Below are positions 1-8,686 of a stretch of 64,000 nucleotides of DNA, piece after piece. How positions within the stretch are numbered: the stretch's first letter is position 1; every line of letters begins with the position of its first letter. A program made the position numbers and the translations under genes. The stretch comes from a virus, in IMG/VR virus record IMGVR_UViG_3300036792_000363, positions 60,774 to 124,773 of that record. One strand, 5' to 3'. Below the pieces are notes generated by a model. It saw nothing but the letters and a program-made list of their open reading frames with translations, did no database searches and was not told the origin of the DNA.

Positions 1-111
1 CGCGTACCGGCCGAACTGGACGTCGTACAGCCGGTCGTCTTTCGGGGCGTCCTTCAGCCAGAGCAGCGCACCCGCCAGGGCGTCGTTCTCGGCATTCGCG
101 GCATTGCTCAT
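1..111 (-). CDS. 5' part of a hypothetical protein (MSNAANAENDALAGALLWLKD...), runs off the window
   Basis: ATG at 111 just downstream of the dpdA stop; frame open to base 1. Confidence 0.6.
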   Translation of the reverse strand, partial: MSNAANAENDALAGALLWLKDAPKDDRLYDVQFGRYA

Positions 112-119
112 GCCCGTTA

Positions 120-809
120 CTACGCGGCAGCCTGATACGCCGCCAGCCGCTCGCGGTAGGCGGGATGGCTCGACGCGAACGCCACCCAGGTCTCCATCCC
201 CCCAGCCCTGTCCTCGACGAACTCCAGGTAGCGCAGCATGCGGCCCAGGTTCTCGTCGGGCCCGAAGCGGAAGAACTGGCCGTCCCCGGAATGACAGCCC
301 AGGTGCGCCGAGTACAGGAGGCGCTTACGGGTGTTGACCCGGCCCATGTGGACCCACAGCCCGCGAAGCCGGGCCTCGGCCACCATCTCGACCACCTCGG
401 CGCTGGCCTTGAACTCGTCGGTGCCGCCGATGAACAGCACGTCGAACTCGCCCCACGGCAGGTCGGCGCTGGTCCCCCCGTCCTGCACCGCGAGCGCCAC
501 CGGGTACCCGATCGAGCGGATGAGCGGCAGCCACGGGCGGGACAGCGCCAGCGACGCCTCGTGCTCGAACGGGACGTCGGGCGCGACCGCGAACTTGCAC
601 CGATCCGCCTGCGGCGCGAAGAGCCGGAGGAACTGGGTGAACTTCTCGTCGCCCACCCAGCCCTTCCCGAACTTCCCGTTGTCAGCGCACCACGTCACCC
701 CGTCGGGGATCGGGTTGAACTGCTTCGGGGTGACGATCTGCCCCAGGCGGCCGGCCTTCATCGCGGCGATGATCCGGTCGTTAGTGCAGGTGGTCCCGAA
801 ATAAAGCAC
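120..809 (-). CDS. dpdA: DpdA-like 7-deazaguanine DNA transglycosylase (TGT superfamily, actinophage type)
   Basis: WCADNGKF, FAVAPDV, LFIGGT, VHMGRVN and SGDG motifs typical of phage TGT-like/DpdA proteins; adjacent to QueF-like and YhhQ genes. Confidence 0.75.
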   Translation of the reverse strand: MLYFGTTCTNDRIIAAMKAGRLGQIVTPKQFNPIPDGVTWCADNGKFGKGWVGDEKFTQFLRLFAPQADRCKFAVAPDVPFEHEASLALSRPWLPLIRSIGYPVALAVQDGGTSADLPWGEFDVLFIGGTDEFKASAEVVEMVAEARLRGLWVHMGRVNTRKRLLYSAHLGCHSGDGQFFRFGPDENLGRMLRYLEFVEDRAGGMETWVAFASSHPAYRERLAAYQAAA

Positions 810-1065
810 GCGCCCTGACCTCGACCGCCCACGGCCCGGTGCTCCAGGTGGTGACCACCTCCGAGCCCTCGGGCACCAGGGCCGCCACCTCGCGGGTGAA
901 GTCCTCGTGGGTGATGGGCTCGGTCGTCAGGGCGTCGATGCGCGCGCCCAGCTCGTGCAGCTCCGGGGCCTCGTCGGCGTCGATCGTGATGACAAGCTCG
1001 CCGACGTCGGTCTCGTTCTTGAAAGGGCAGGTCTTGACGACCTGCCGGCGCAGGGTGACGTTCAC
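781..1065 (-). CDS. QueF-like T-fold protein (about 94 aa)
   Basis: CPFKNETD (catalytic Cys/Asp spacing of QueF) and ITHE motif; GTG at 1065 overlaps the yhhQ stop (GTGA). Confidence 0.65.
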   Translation of the reverse strand: MNVTLRRQVVKTCPFKNETDVGELVITIDADEAPELHELGARIDALTTEPITHEDFTREVAALVPEGSEVVTTWSTGPWAVEVRARALFRDHLH

Positions 1066-1622
1066 GCGGGCATCGCCACAGGGCCGGTCCTGCGCAGGCC
1101 CCACACCACCGGCACGGCCGCCAGCTGCACCCAGACCTTGCCGAGGACGAGCCCGGCGACGGCCGCCTCCCCCGAAGGCAGGTTAGCCAGGTGCAGGAAG
1201 ACCACCGAGTCGACCACGGCGGCCACGCAGCCGGAGGCCAGCACGGCGGGGACGAGCCAGCGGCGCTGCAGCGGGGTGTAGATCAGGAAGTCGGCGCTCT
1301 CCGAGCACAGGTAGGTCAGCCCCGACGCCAAGGCGATGTGCGGGCTGCTGACGCCGTAGGAGACGGCCGCGCCCACCACGATGGCGGCCACCCCGAGCCA
1401 GCGGCCGCCGATCCGCTGGGTGACGTCGCGGGCGGGGAAGCTGACCGCGGCGGCCCAGACGCCCGACGGGGCCAGCAGGCCGAAGCCGACGTAGGTCAGG
1501 TGGGTGCCCGGCCCGGCGGGGATCCCGACGTACGTGATCAGGTAGTTGGAGAGGACGATGGCGGCCACGTAGACGCCGAACGCAGCCGCGGCCCAGGGCC
1601 AGGTCTCTTTGATTTTGGGCAT
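1062..1622 (-). CDS. yhhQ: YhhQ/VUT-family preQ0/preQ1 transporter
   Basis: Multi-TM protein with SNYL, SFPARDVTQRIGG, SESADFLIYTPL and VVDSVVFL motifs of the Vut_1 family. Confidence 0.8.
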   Translation of the reverse strand: MPKIKETWPWAAAAFGVYVAAIVLSNYLITYVGIPAGPGTHLTYVGFGLLAPSGVWAAAVSFPARDVTQRIGGRWLGVAAIVVGAAVSYGVSSPHIALASGLTYLCSESADFLIYTPLQRRWLVPAVLASGCVAAVVDSVVFLHLANLPSGEAAVAGLVLGKVWVQLAAVPVVWGLRRTGPVAMPA

Positions 1623-1653
1623 GAGTGTCTCCCGGTAGAGGGCTGATGCTCTC

Positions 1654-1660
1654 TATTACG
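1654..1660 (-). promoter_or_regulatory. Class II phage promoter motif CGTAATA upstream of the yhhQ-queF-dpdA operon
   Basis: Matches recurring NGTA(G/A/T)TA motif; short leader with GGGAG SD follows. Confidence 0.55.
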
Positions 1661-1668
1661 GGCGAAGG

Positions 1669-2250
1669 TCAGATGCCCGGGTCCGTGGGGAAGCTCTGGG
1701 CGTTGACGTCGAAGAACTGCATGTCGAGCTGGTCGCGGTCGGCCGGGCCCACCAGGACCATCCGGCCCTCCTCGGGGTCCCACTTGATCCGCGCCAGGTC
1801 GTCCTTGGCGAAGTGCTCGAAGCCGGTGATCTGCCCGTAGAACACGCCGGCCAGGGACTGGCGCCGCGCCAGCCGCCGGATCGCCAGGTCGAACATGTCG
1901 ACCCCGGTCTTCTCCGACGTCACTTCGATCGCCTGCGCGTTGCGGGCCATCTCCTGGATCGGCTTGCTGTAGGAGTAGGACCCGATCTCCTCGGCCTGCA
2001 GCGGGTTGGCCATCACCTGCTGGTAGGGCCAGCGCAGGTACAGCCAGTCGGCCATCGCCATCACGCCCATGTTGGCGAGCAGCTGGTAGTCGGCGCTCAG
2101 CCCGCCGTAGTCGTCCGCCCCCAGCTCCGACAGGATCGTGAACATGATCGCGGCCTGCAGCAGCGCCGAGTTGGCGTACCCGGTGTAGCTGGTCACCGGC
2201 CGGCCAGAGTAGTTGGCAAGCTCGGCGACGGTGGGGACCGGCCAGGGCAT
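1669..2250 (-). CDS. Head-to-tail adaptor/connector protein
   Basis: N-terminal PTVAELANYSG and EEIGSYSYSK motif typical of head-completion proteins; downstream of capsid. Confidence 0.6.
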   Translation of the reverse strand: MPWPVPTVAELANYSGRPVTSYTGYANSALLQAAIMFTILSELGADDYGGLSADYQLLANMGVMAMADWLYLRWPYQQVMANPLQAEEIGSYSYSKPIQEMARNAQAIEVTSEKTGVDMFDLAIRRLARRQSLAGVFYGQITGFEHFAKDDLARIKWDPEEGRMVLVGPADRDQLDMQFFDVNAQSFPTDPGI

Positions 2251-2984
2251 CAGCCCTCCTGCCGCGCGAAGGCCAGCCGCGCCAGCTCGTGCCCCTCGTC
2301 GAGCACCAGCGCGCCGCCGTCAGCCCTGGCCGCCATGTGCTGCGCGTGCACCTGGCTGCCGACGTTGGCCCACAGCACCTGCACCCGGCCGTCGCCGCTG
2401 CCCCGCGCGCCCATCGGCACCACCGCTGCCTGGTGCCCTTCGGAGTCGGTGACGAACAGGTTGAAGTCGGCGCGCTTGAACGTCTCGATGTCGGTGATGG
2501 GCGTCGGGTAGTGGTGCACCCCGCCGCCGTGCGGCAGCACCCCCGAGTGCAGGCCCGCGGGCATCGGCACGCTGGCGTTGCAGATGCTGTCGGTCCACCT
2601 CGCGACCCCGGCCGCGTCCGTGATCGGGGCGGCCAGCAGGTCAGCGATCCCCAGTTCGCTCACCGCGCCGGGGAAGGCGGCGTACAGCCTGGACGCGTTG
2701 AGGCGAAGCTGGTCAACTCTGGACGGATCTGCGCAGAACTGGGCGCTCCACTCGATGCCGGCCAGGTTGCGGACGAAGAACCAGCCGCCGGAGTCCTTCA
2801 GCCACAGGCCGCCGCCGTGGTGGTCCTGGATGGGCGGCGGGCCGTAGTAGGTGCCGTCGCCGACCAGGTGGTGCAGCTCCGCCCGCGAGGCCTGGTACTC
2901 CGGGGAGTCGGTCCGGGGCGGGTGGTCGGGGATCTCGATGTCCCAGCCGTGGTCCTCGTGCTCGGTGTGGGTGCCCTCGCTCAT
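2250..2984 (-). CDS. His-rich conserved protein, DUF6424-like
   Basis: DHPPRTDSPEY, QDHHGGGLW, GIEWSAQFCADP, GVHHYPTP motifs recalled from actinobacterial DUF6424 proteins. Confidence 0.5.
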   Translation of the reverse strand: MSEGTHTEHEDHGWDIEIPDHPPRTDSPEYQASRAELHHLVGDGTYYGPPPIQDHHGGGLWLKDSGGWFFVRNLAGIEWSAQFCADPSRVDQLRLNASRLYAAFPGAVSELGIADLLAAPITDAAGVARWTDSICNASVPMPAGLHSGVLPHGGGVHHYPTPITDIETFKRADFNLFVTDSEGHQAAVVPMGARGSGDGRVQVLWANVGSQVHAQHMAARADGGALVLDEGHELARLAFARQEG

Positions 2985-2992
2985 GACCGTTG

Positions 2993-2998
2993 AATCGG
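2993..2998 (-). promoter_or_regulatory. Late promoter motif CCGATT, 8 nt before ATG 2984 (leaderless)
   Basis: Fixed N8 spacing shared with 8 other genes. Confidence 0.7.
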
Positions 2999-3008
2999 AG
3001 AGGCTTCG

Positions 3009-4190
3009 CTAGTCTGCGCCCATGAACGCCAGGAACGCCGACGGGTTGCCGGGAGCGGGGCCGACGGTCAGCTCCGCCTGGTCCATGGTGACGGAGATGA
3101 CCGTCGTGGAGCCGATCTCCGGGACCTGGAGGTAGGCCGCGACGCGGACGGTGTTAGGCGGGCACAGGTAGCTCACGCTGTACCGGGTGGGCGTGCCGGT
3201 CAGCGTGGTGAAGTTGGTGTCGGACTCGGACAGGTAGCTGCTGGACGAGTCGAAGCCCTCGATGCCGATGAAACCGTAGGCGTTAGTCAGCGACCCGGAG
3301 AGCCATACCGAGAACGTCAGGTACTGCCCGGGACTGGCGGTGATGGGCGACTGGTAGATCTCGGTCTTCGCCGTGCCGGCGTCGCCGGCCACGCCCGTGT
3401 AGGCGAAGTTCTGCGCGACGAGGCCGTCCGTGACCCCGCTGGTAACCAGCGAGTAGGTGGCCTCGGTGGCGGTGGTGTGCTCGTCCGTCCAGCCGGTGGC
3501 GATCGTCGTACCGGACTCGAAGCTCGGGTTGGTCAGCAGGTTGGGAGTGCCGCCGGGAGCGACCTGCAGCACGACGGCGATCGAGTTCTGGTTGCGGGCG
3601 GTGCCGTTGGAGCCCCGGTCCACGGTGATGGGGACGCCTGTGAGGCGTCCGGCGGCTAGGTTCACCGCGTCGACCATGAGCGCGGCGTTGTTCGCGGTCG
3701 TGTGGAACTGCGTCCCGGCGTCCGTCGTCCACGCGGCGGTGGAGTTGACGCCCGCCGCAGAGATCATCACCTCGTTGCCGGTGGCGATGTACCCGAGCTG
3801 CACTTCCGGCATGGCCACCGTCGAGGATGAGGAGTTCCCGACGGGCTGGGTGCCCGAATAGGCGGTCAGGGACGTGCTGGCACCCCGGTAGTTCGCGCAC
3901 CACCAGGACCACACCGAGCTGACGGTGCCGGTGACGGTGAATGTGGTCTGGCCGAGGCCGTTCGGGGTGAGCTGATACGCCCAGATCCGGCCGCCAGAGC
4001 CCCCGGCCGGGAGCGGGGTCGCGGTGGAGATGGCCGAGGAGAAGGTCAGGCTCGTCTGGACGTTGTTGCTGTTGACGATCAGCAGGATGCAGTCGCCGGT
4101 GGTGTAGCTGGGCAGCGTGACCGTGATGGATGTGCCGCCAGCGGTGTTCTGGCCGTTCGTAGCGGCAGTGGGTGCGGGGCTGAGCGGCAT
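3009..4190 (-). CDS. Virion structural/fibre protein with C-terminal carbohydrate-binding-like domain
   Basis: Thr/Ser/Gly-rich beta-type sequence; NLLTNPSFESG starts a CBM4/9-like module; ATG overlaps upstream stop. Confidence 0.6.
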   Translation of the reverse strand: MPLSPAPTAATNGQNTAGGTSITVTLPSYTTGDCILLIVNSNNVQTSLTFSSAISTATPLPAGGSGGRIWAYQLTPNGLGQTTFTVTGTVSSVWSWWCANYRGASTSLTAYSGTQPVGNSSSSTVAMPEVQLGYIATGNEVMISAAGVNSTAAWTTDAGTQFHTTANNAALMVDAVNLAAGRLTGVPITVDRGSNGTARNQNSIAVVLQVAPGGTPNLLTNPSFESGTTIATGWTDEHTTATEATYSLVTSGVTDGLVAQNFAYTGVAGDAGTAKTEIYQSPITASPGQYLTFSVWLSGSLTNAYGFIGIEGFDSSSSYLSESDTNFTTLTGTPTRYSVSYLCPPNTVRVAAYLQVPEIGSTTVISVTMDQAELTVGPAPGNPSAFLAFMGAD

Positions 4191-5518
4191 CAGGCCCCGG
4201 CCAGGAACGCGACGAACACCCATTTGCCCTTGGCTGCGTTATAGATGAACCCGAGCAGGTCCGTCGCCCCGGCGGCCGTGGACAGGGTGGGTGCCGGGAG
4301 GCCGGCGGTGAACTCGTAACCGGTGCCGTAGGCCAGGGTGAAACCGCCGCCGGTTCCCTGGGTCACCCACACGAGCATCTTCTGGCCGTCCACGGGATTC
4401 GTGGGGGTGGCCAAAGTGCCGGTGCTGGCGGTCAGGGTCAGCCGGAAGTCGTTGCCCAGGGCGGCGTTCACGGGGGTCGGGTTGCCGAACGCCAGGGTGA
4501 CCACTGCCGGGGCGACGTAGGCGGGCAGCGTCGCGCCCCCGGCAAAGTTCGTGGCCGTGGCCGCGTTCCCCGACGTGGACTGGTTGAGCGTCGGGACGTC
4601 GGCGGCGGCTATGGCGCGCATCGACGGGGCGCCCGCCCCGCCGGACGACGGCCCTGCGAACACCGCGTTCTGCGCGGCGGTCGACGCGCCGTAGCCGCCG
4701 TGCGCGACCGACAACGGCAGGGCCGACACCGGGACGCTCGCCGCCTCGGCCGCGCTCTGCGCCGCCGCCGCCGCGCCCGATACGTCCGCTCCGACCTGCG
4801 ATGCGGTGATGCCCGTCAGATCCGAGCCGCTCCCATTCGGAGCGAGGTAGTCGGAGCCCGCCGTCGCGGGCTCAACGGCGGGCGGGACGCCCTTCAGCAG
4901 CCCCGCGACCGACGTGCCGACCCCGACGGCAGGCGTGGTCGTCCCGTTCGTCACGCCGACCGTGAAGCCGTTCCCGGGCGTGCCCGTCACCTGGGTAACC
5001 GTGCCGGAGCCGCCGCCGGCCGACGGCTGCAGGGTCACGTTGCCGTCGGCGTCGGAGGTGAGCACCTCGCCCGACGTGCCGCCGGGGACCTTCAGCGGCG
5101 GGGACCCGGCGAGGGTCTGCGGCTCCGACCAGGTGTTGGCGGTGCCGAACGCCGTCGAAGCGGGCGGCGCGGTCCCCGGCACCAGCGCCGACAGGTCCAC
5201 CGACGCACCCAGCGTGCTCGGGATGGAGACGTTCGGCGTCACCGTCTTGCCCTGGAAGCCGTCGGGCGTCGCCAGCGTCACGTCGATGGTGTAGACGAAG
5301 GCCGGGGACACGCAGTCGGTGGTGGGGATGATGACCGGGGCCATCACGCCGTTCTCGACCTCGGCGGTCCCCGACCCGTCCAGCAGCACGCTGAGCGCCG
5401 GGTCGGCGACCGTGCCGCCGGCGCTGAAGACCACCATCCCGCTCAGCGGGGTGCCGTCCAGGGCCAGCAGGTGGAGCCCGGTGACCTCGATGACCGACAG
5501 CCCGGCGGGGAACGTCAC
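4190..5518 (-). CDS. Minor virion/fibre protein
   Basis: Gly/Ala/Thr-rich; C-terminal TLSTAAGATDLLGFIY domain common in phage fibre proteins. Confidence 0.6.
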   Translation of the reverse strand: MTFPAGLSVIEVTGLHLLALDGTPLSGMVVFSAGGTVADPALSVLLDGSGTAEVENGVMAPVIIPTTDCVSPAFVYTIDVTLATPDGFQGKTVTPNVSIPSTLGASVDLSALVPGTAPPASTAFGTANTWSEPQTLAGSPPLKVPGGTSGEVLTSDADGNVTLQPSAGGGSGTVTQVTGTPGNGFTVGVTNGTTTPAVGVGTSVAGLLKGVPPAVEPATAGSDYLAPNGSGSDLTGITASQVGADVSGAAAAAQSAAEAASVPVSALPLSVAHGGYGASTAAQNAVFAGPSSGGAGAPSMRAIAAADVPTLNQSTSGNAATATNFAGGATLPAYVAPAVVTLAFGNPTPVNAALGNDFRLTLTASTGTLATPTNPVDGQKMLVWVTQGTGGGFTLAYGTGYEFTAGLPAPTLSTAAGATDLLGFIYNAAKGKWVFVAFLAGA

Positions 5519-5526
5519 GCCGGTGC

Positions 5527-5532
5527 AATCGT
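5527..5532 (-). promoter_or_regulatory. Late promoter motif ACGATT, 8 nt before GTG 5518
   Basis: N8 spacing to start codon. Confidence 0.6.
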
Positions 5533-5537
5533 CCCGG

Positions 5538-6281
5538 TCAGGTGAAGTTGAGCATCGGCACGGCGCGCCCGCGCCGCCGCTCCGCCTCGTCCGCCTGCAG
5601 CAGCTGCGCGGTGGTCGGCGCCGGCACCCGCACCGGCGCGTCCTTCGGCCCGGTCACCAGCGGCTCGAAGCTGCCGTCGGCCTCGGTGTAGCTCCGGCGC
5701 CCGGGCCACGGCCCGAAGTCGAACTTCTGCTCCCCCCAGCGCTCGATCTGCTCGAACCGGCTCATGGTGATCCACCGCCGGGCCTCCGCCCACCGCGGGT
5801 GGTCGGGCCCGATCTCCAGCTCCTGCCCGATGAACCAGATCTGCCCGAACGCGGTCAGCCCGTCGGCGATGAAGTGGATGAGCACCGCCTCGCCCTCCGA
5901 CGCCACGAACGACGGCTCCACCTGCTCGAACTTGGCGGCCGCCGCCATGGCGGCGGCGTGCTGGCGGTCGCGCTCGGCCCGCTCGGCGTCGCTCAGCTCC
6001 GCGGTCGGCCGGGGGCGCGCCACGGTGACCGCGGCGGGCGGCGGGGGCGCGTCCATCGGCAGCCCGCAGTCGGCGCAGAACCGGGCGGACGCGAGGTTGG
6101 CGTGGCCCAGCGCGCAGCTGGCGGGCAGCGTCGGGACGGCCGGACCTCCAACTTGCGTTGGGGCTGCAGGCGCAACCTCCAACGAAACAGGCGATTTGTT
6201 GGAGGTTACCGCGCTCGGGCGCAGCGCCTCGGAGGCCGCAACCACGTCAACGACGGTCTGGTGACCGCTCAATCCTGCCAT
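5538..6281 (-). CDS. Hypothetical late protein with zinc ribbon (CALGH...FCADCG)
   Basis: Open frame; start moved to ATG 6281 because CCGATT-N8-ATG precedes it. Confidence 0.65.
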   Translation of the reverse strand: MAGLSGHQTVVDVVAASEALRPSAVTSNKSPVSLEVAPAAPTQVGGPAVPTLPASCALGHANLASARFCADCGLPMDAPPPPAAVTVARPRPTAELSDAERAERDRQHAAAMAAAAKFEQVEPSFVASEGEAVLIHFIADGLTAFGQIWFIGQELEIGPDHPRWAEARRWITMSRFEQIERWGEQKFDFGPWPGRRSYTEADGSFEPLVTGPKDAPVRVPAPTTAQLLQADEAERRRGRAVPMLNFT

Positions 6282-6289
6282 GGCGGGGG

Positions 6290-6295
6290 AATCGG
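6290..6295 (-). promoter_or_regulatory. Late promoter motif (G)CCGATT, 8 nt before ATG 6281
   Basis: N8 spacing. Confidence 0.7.
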
Positions 6296-6490
6296 CCGGA
6301 AATGCAACGAGGGCCCGGTTCGAGTCCAGGCCCTCGTCCAAACAGGAAGAACAACTCCGAGAATGATGCTACCGGAAATCGGGAGGGACGGGTGGCGGCT
6401 CTGCCCGGACTGCGCCAGGCCAGCGTAGCGCCCGGCCCTCCCTCATTCCCGGTGCCGGGTTCGGCGAGGCCCGCGCCACGGCACATCGTC

Positions 6491-6497
6491 TAATACG
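6491..6497 (-). promoter_or_regulatory. Class II promoter motif CGTATTA
   Basis: Motif match just downstream of the capsid terminator. Confidence 0.45.
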
Positions 6498-6506
6498 TCC
6501 GGACGC

Positions 6507-6537
6507 GAAACCCCCGGGCCGACGAGGCCCGGGGGCT
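6507..6537 (-). terminator. Intrinsic terminator after major capsid gene
   Basis: CCCCCGGGCC-TCGTC-GGCCCGGGGG hairpin followed by TTT on minus strand. Confidence 0.75.
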
Positions 6538-6569
6538 CACGTGATGCCCATCCGCTGGGCGGTCCGAGC

Positions 6570-7784
6570 CTAGTCGATCGGGCTGCCGGTGGTGCCCGCG
6601 CCGCCGTTGTAGTAGCCGGCCGGCGGGGTGTTGCCGTTGGTGATGATCCCGGTCGCCACCAGCATCTGCTCGGGCCGGGTGACGATCGGCAGCATGTGCC
6701 ACTCCAGCAGGTACTGGCGCGCCGACGGGTCCTTCTCTTTCCACGTCTTCGCGTACTTGCCGGTGAAGCCCTCCGGGGCCTCGTCGTCCGCGGTCGGCCC
6801 GATGAGCATCTCGACCGGCCGCTGGTCGGTGTAGTTGCCCATGTAGAGCTGGCCGTCAGGGACGAAGAACGTCAGGTTCCCGAGGTCGGACTCGAAGACC
6901 TGCTCCACCGTGTTCCAGGTGAGGCCCATGAACCCGGTCATGATGCCGGTCGAGTAGAACTCGTCCTTCATCCGGTCGCTCAGCATGGTGGCCGGGATGC
7001 TGACGGTGGACGCCTGCGTGGCGCTCACCCACGCCTCCATCAGGGCCGCCATCGTCACCGAGGTGGCGAACACCTCCTTGGCCGGCACGCGGCCGTGGAT
7101 CTGCAGCAGCCGCTTCCACGACCGGACGTCCTCGATCATCGACACCGGGGTGGCGTAGGTGATGGTGCCGCCGGAGGCGTTCAGCCTCGTGTTCGGCTGC
7201 CCGAGGGTGGACGCGCTGCCCGCCGCGCCGCTGTTGCCGCTCGCGCCGCCGGTGGTGTAGTAGCCGAGCGCGGTGTTCTCCACCCACGGCGTCGCCGGGG
7301 TGACGAAGTGGCTGCTCGGGAACTTGAAGTCGATCGTCGCCTGGATGTCGGCGTAGTTGTACTGGATCGCCCCGCCCAGGGCCTGCCAGCAGCTCCACTC
7401 GGCGAAGTTGTCGAACCGCTGGTTGATGTCGTTGATCTCGCGCAGCACCGCGCGCTCGGCGTTGATCTGGGCGATCTCGCCGGGGGTCCGCAGCCAGTGC
7501 AGGGTGGTCGGCTCGAAGACCTTCTTCTCGCGCAGGTAGATGAAGCTGGCGCTTTCCTGCGAGCGCCCGAGGCGGCTGATGATGTGCGCCTCGGAGTTGG
7601 GCACGTTCGGCTTGGCGACCGCGCGCGACCCCTTCACCACGTCCCAGGTGGCGGACGGGAAGGGCCACGGGGTCTGGTCAAGCCGGTTGAGCATGAGCAG
7701 CGTCTCGGGGGTCACGAACTTCTCGACCACGCCCCTCAAAACGACGGGTTCGAGTAGGCTGATGTCAGGAATCGCGTCCACCAC
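6570..7784 (-). CDS. Major capsid protein (lambda gpE / Phage_cap_E type)
   Basis: PDISLLEPVVLRGVVE, YLREKKVF, EWSCWQALGG, KTWKEKDPS, LPIVTRPE motifs; start uncertain (GTG 7784, GTG 7781 or ATT 7772). Confidence 0.85.
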   Translation of the reverse strand: MVDAIPDISLLEPVVLRGVVEKFVTPETLLMLNRLDQTPWPFPSATWDVVKGSRAVAKPNVPNSEAHIISRLGRSQESASFIYLREKKVFEPTTLHWLRTPGEIAQINAERAVLREINDINQRFDNFAEWSCWQALGGAIQYNYADIQATIDFKFPSSHFVTPATPWVENTALGYYTTGGASGNSGAAGSASTLGQPNTRLNASGGTITYATPVSMIEDVRSWKRLLQIHGRVPAKEVFATSVTMAALMEAWVSATQASTVSIPATMLSDRMKDEFYSTGIMTGFMGLTWNTVEQVFESDLGNLTFFVPDGQLYMGNYTDQRPVEMLIGPTADDEAPEGFTGKYAKTWKEKDPSARQYLLEWHMLPIVTRPEQMLVATGIITNGNTPPAGYYNGGAGTTGSPID

Positions 7785-7896
7785 CCTTGAGCGGATAGGC
7801 TGTCTGTTAAAAGTCTGTAGCAGCGACACCCGCTTGAGAGTGCCCGGCCTGCGCCGCCCCCGAGGGAGCCACCTGGCTGGCCTGTCTGGGCGTGTT

Positions 7897-7902
7897 AATC
7901 GG
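7897..7902 (-). promoter_or_regulatory. Late promoter motif GCCGATTAAC upstream of capsid gene (about 110-nt leader)
   Basis: Best match to sigma28 -10 GCCGATAA. Confidence 0.65.
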
Positions 7903-7918
7903 CACCAGGGAGGAAGCG

Positions 7919-8680
7919 ATGACTCAAGGCCGTCTAGCTGACGCGGAACCGCGCGTCTGCGTCATCTGCGGGACCCGGTTCACGCCCGCCCGGCGAAAGC
8001 AGGAGGCCTGCCCGGCGTCCACCGGGCGCACCTGCGCAATCACGCTCTCCAACCAGAAGCGGAGCGGGACGCGCAGTGCCGCGGGCAAGTTCGACAAGCC
8101 CGGGGAACGCCTGTGCGACCGATGCGAGCGGCCTTACCAGCCAGCGCGATTCGACTCCCGGACCTGCGGGGCCGACTGCCCGGGAAGGCCTGACGAGATC
8201 CGCGTCTGCGCCAACCCCGACTGCGCCCTCCGCACTCCTGTCGTCACGCGTGTCGTGGATGGCCGGGAGCTGCGGCCGGGCGAGTACATCGTCAAAGGCG
8301 GCAACCGCGGAAAAGCCAGCCAGCGGTACTGCTCGAAGAAATGCCGGGACCATGTGGCCCGCATCCGCCAGGGACAGCGGTTCCGCCGGTACGACGGCCT
8401 GACCCGCGAGGAGTTCACCTCTGCAGGGGAGGAGCGCGGCTGGCGATGCGACATCTGCGGCCAGGTCCCGCTCCCGGACTCTCGGCGCATCATGCTCGAC
8501 GAGCTTCCGTATCTTGTCGTCGACCACTGCCACAGGTCAGGCGAGCGCCGCGGGCTGCTCTGCGGGCCGTGCAACACGGCCATCGGGCTCCTGGCTGACG
8601 ACCCTGACCGCGCTGCCGCGGCAGCGGCCTACCTCCGGCTGTGGCAAACCCCGGCGGCGGCATCACCGCGCGCCGTATAA
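7919..8680 (+). CDS. Free-standing homing endonuclease, endonuclease VII domain with N-terminal Cys-rich zinc fingers
   Basis: CDICG...LVVDHCHRSGERRGLLCGPCNTAIG EndoVII signature; GGGAGGA SD before ATG 7919. Confidence 0.85.
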   Translation: MTQGRLADAEPRVCVICGTRFTPARRKQEACPASTGRTCAITLSNQKRSGTRSAAGKFDKPGERLCDRCERPYQPARFDSRTCGADCPGRPDEIRVCANPDCALRTPVVTRVVDGRELRPGEYIVKGGNRGKASQRYCSKKCRDHVARIRQGQRFRRYDGLTREEFTSAGEERGWRCDICGQVPLPDSRRIMLDELPYLVVDHCHRSGERRGLLCGPCNTAIGLLADDPDRAAAAAAYLRLWQTPAAASPRAV

Positions 8681-8686
8681 GGGGGT

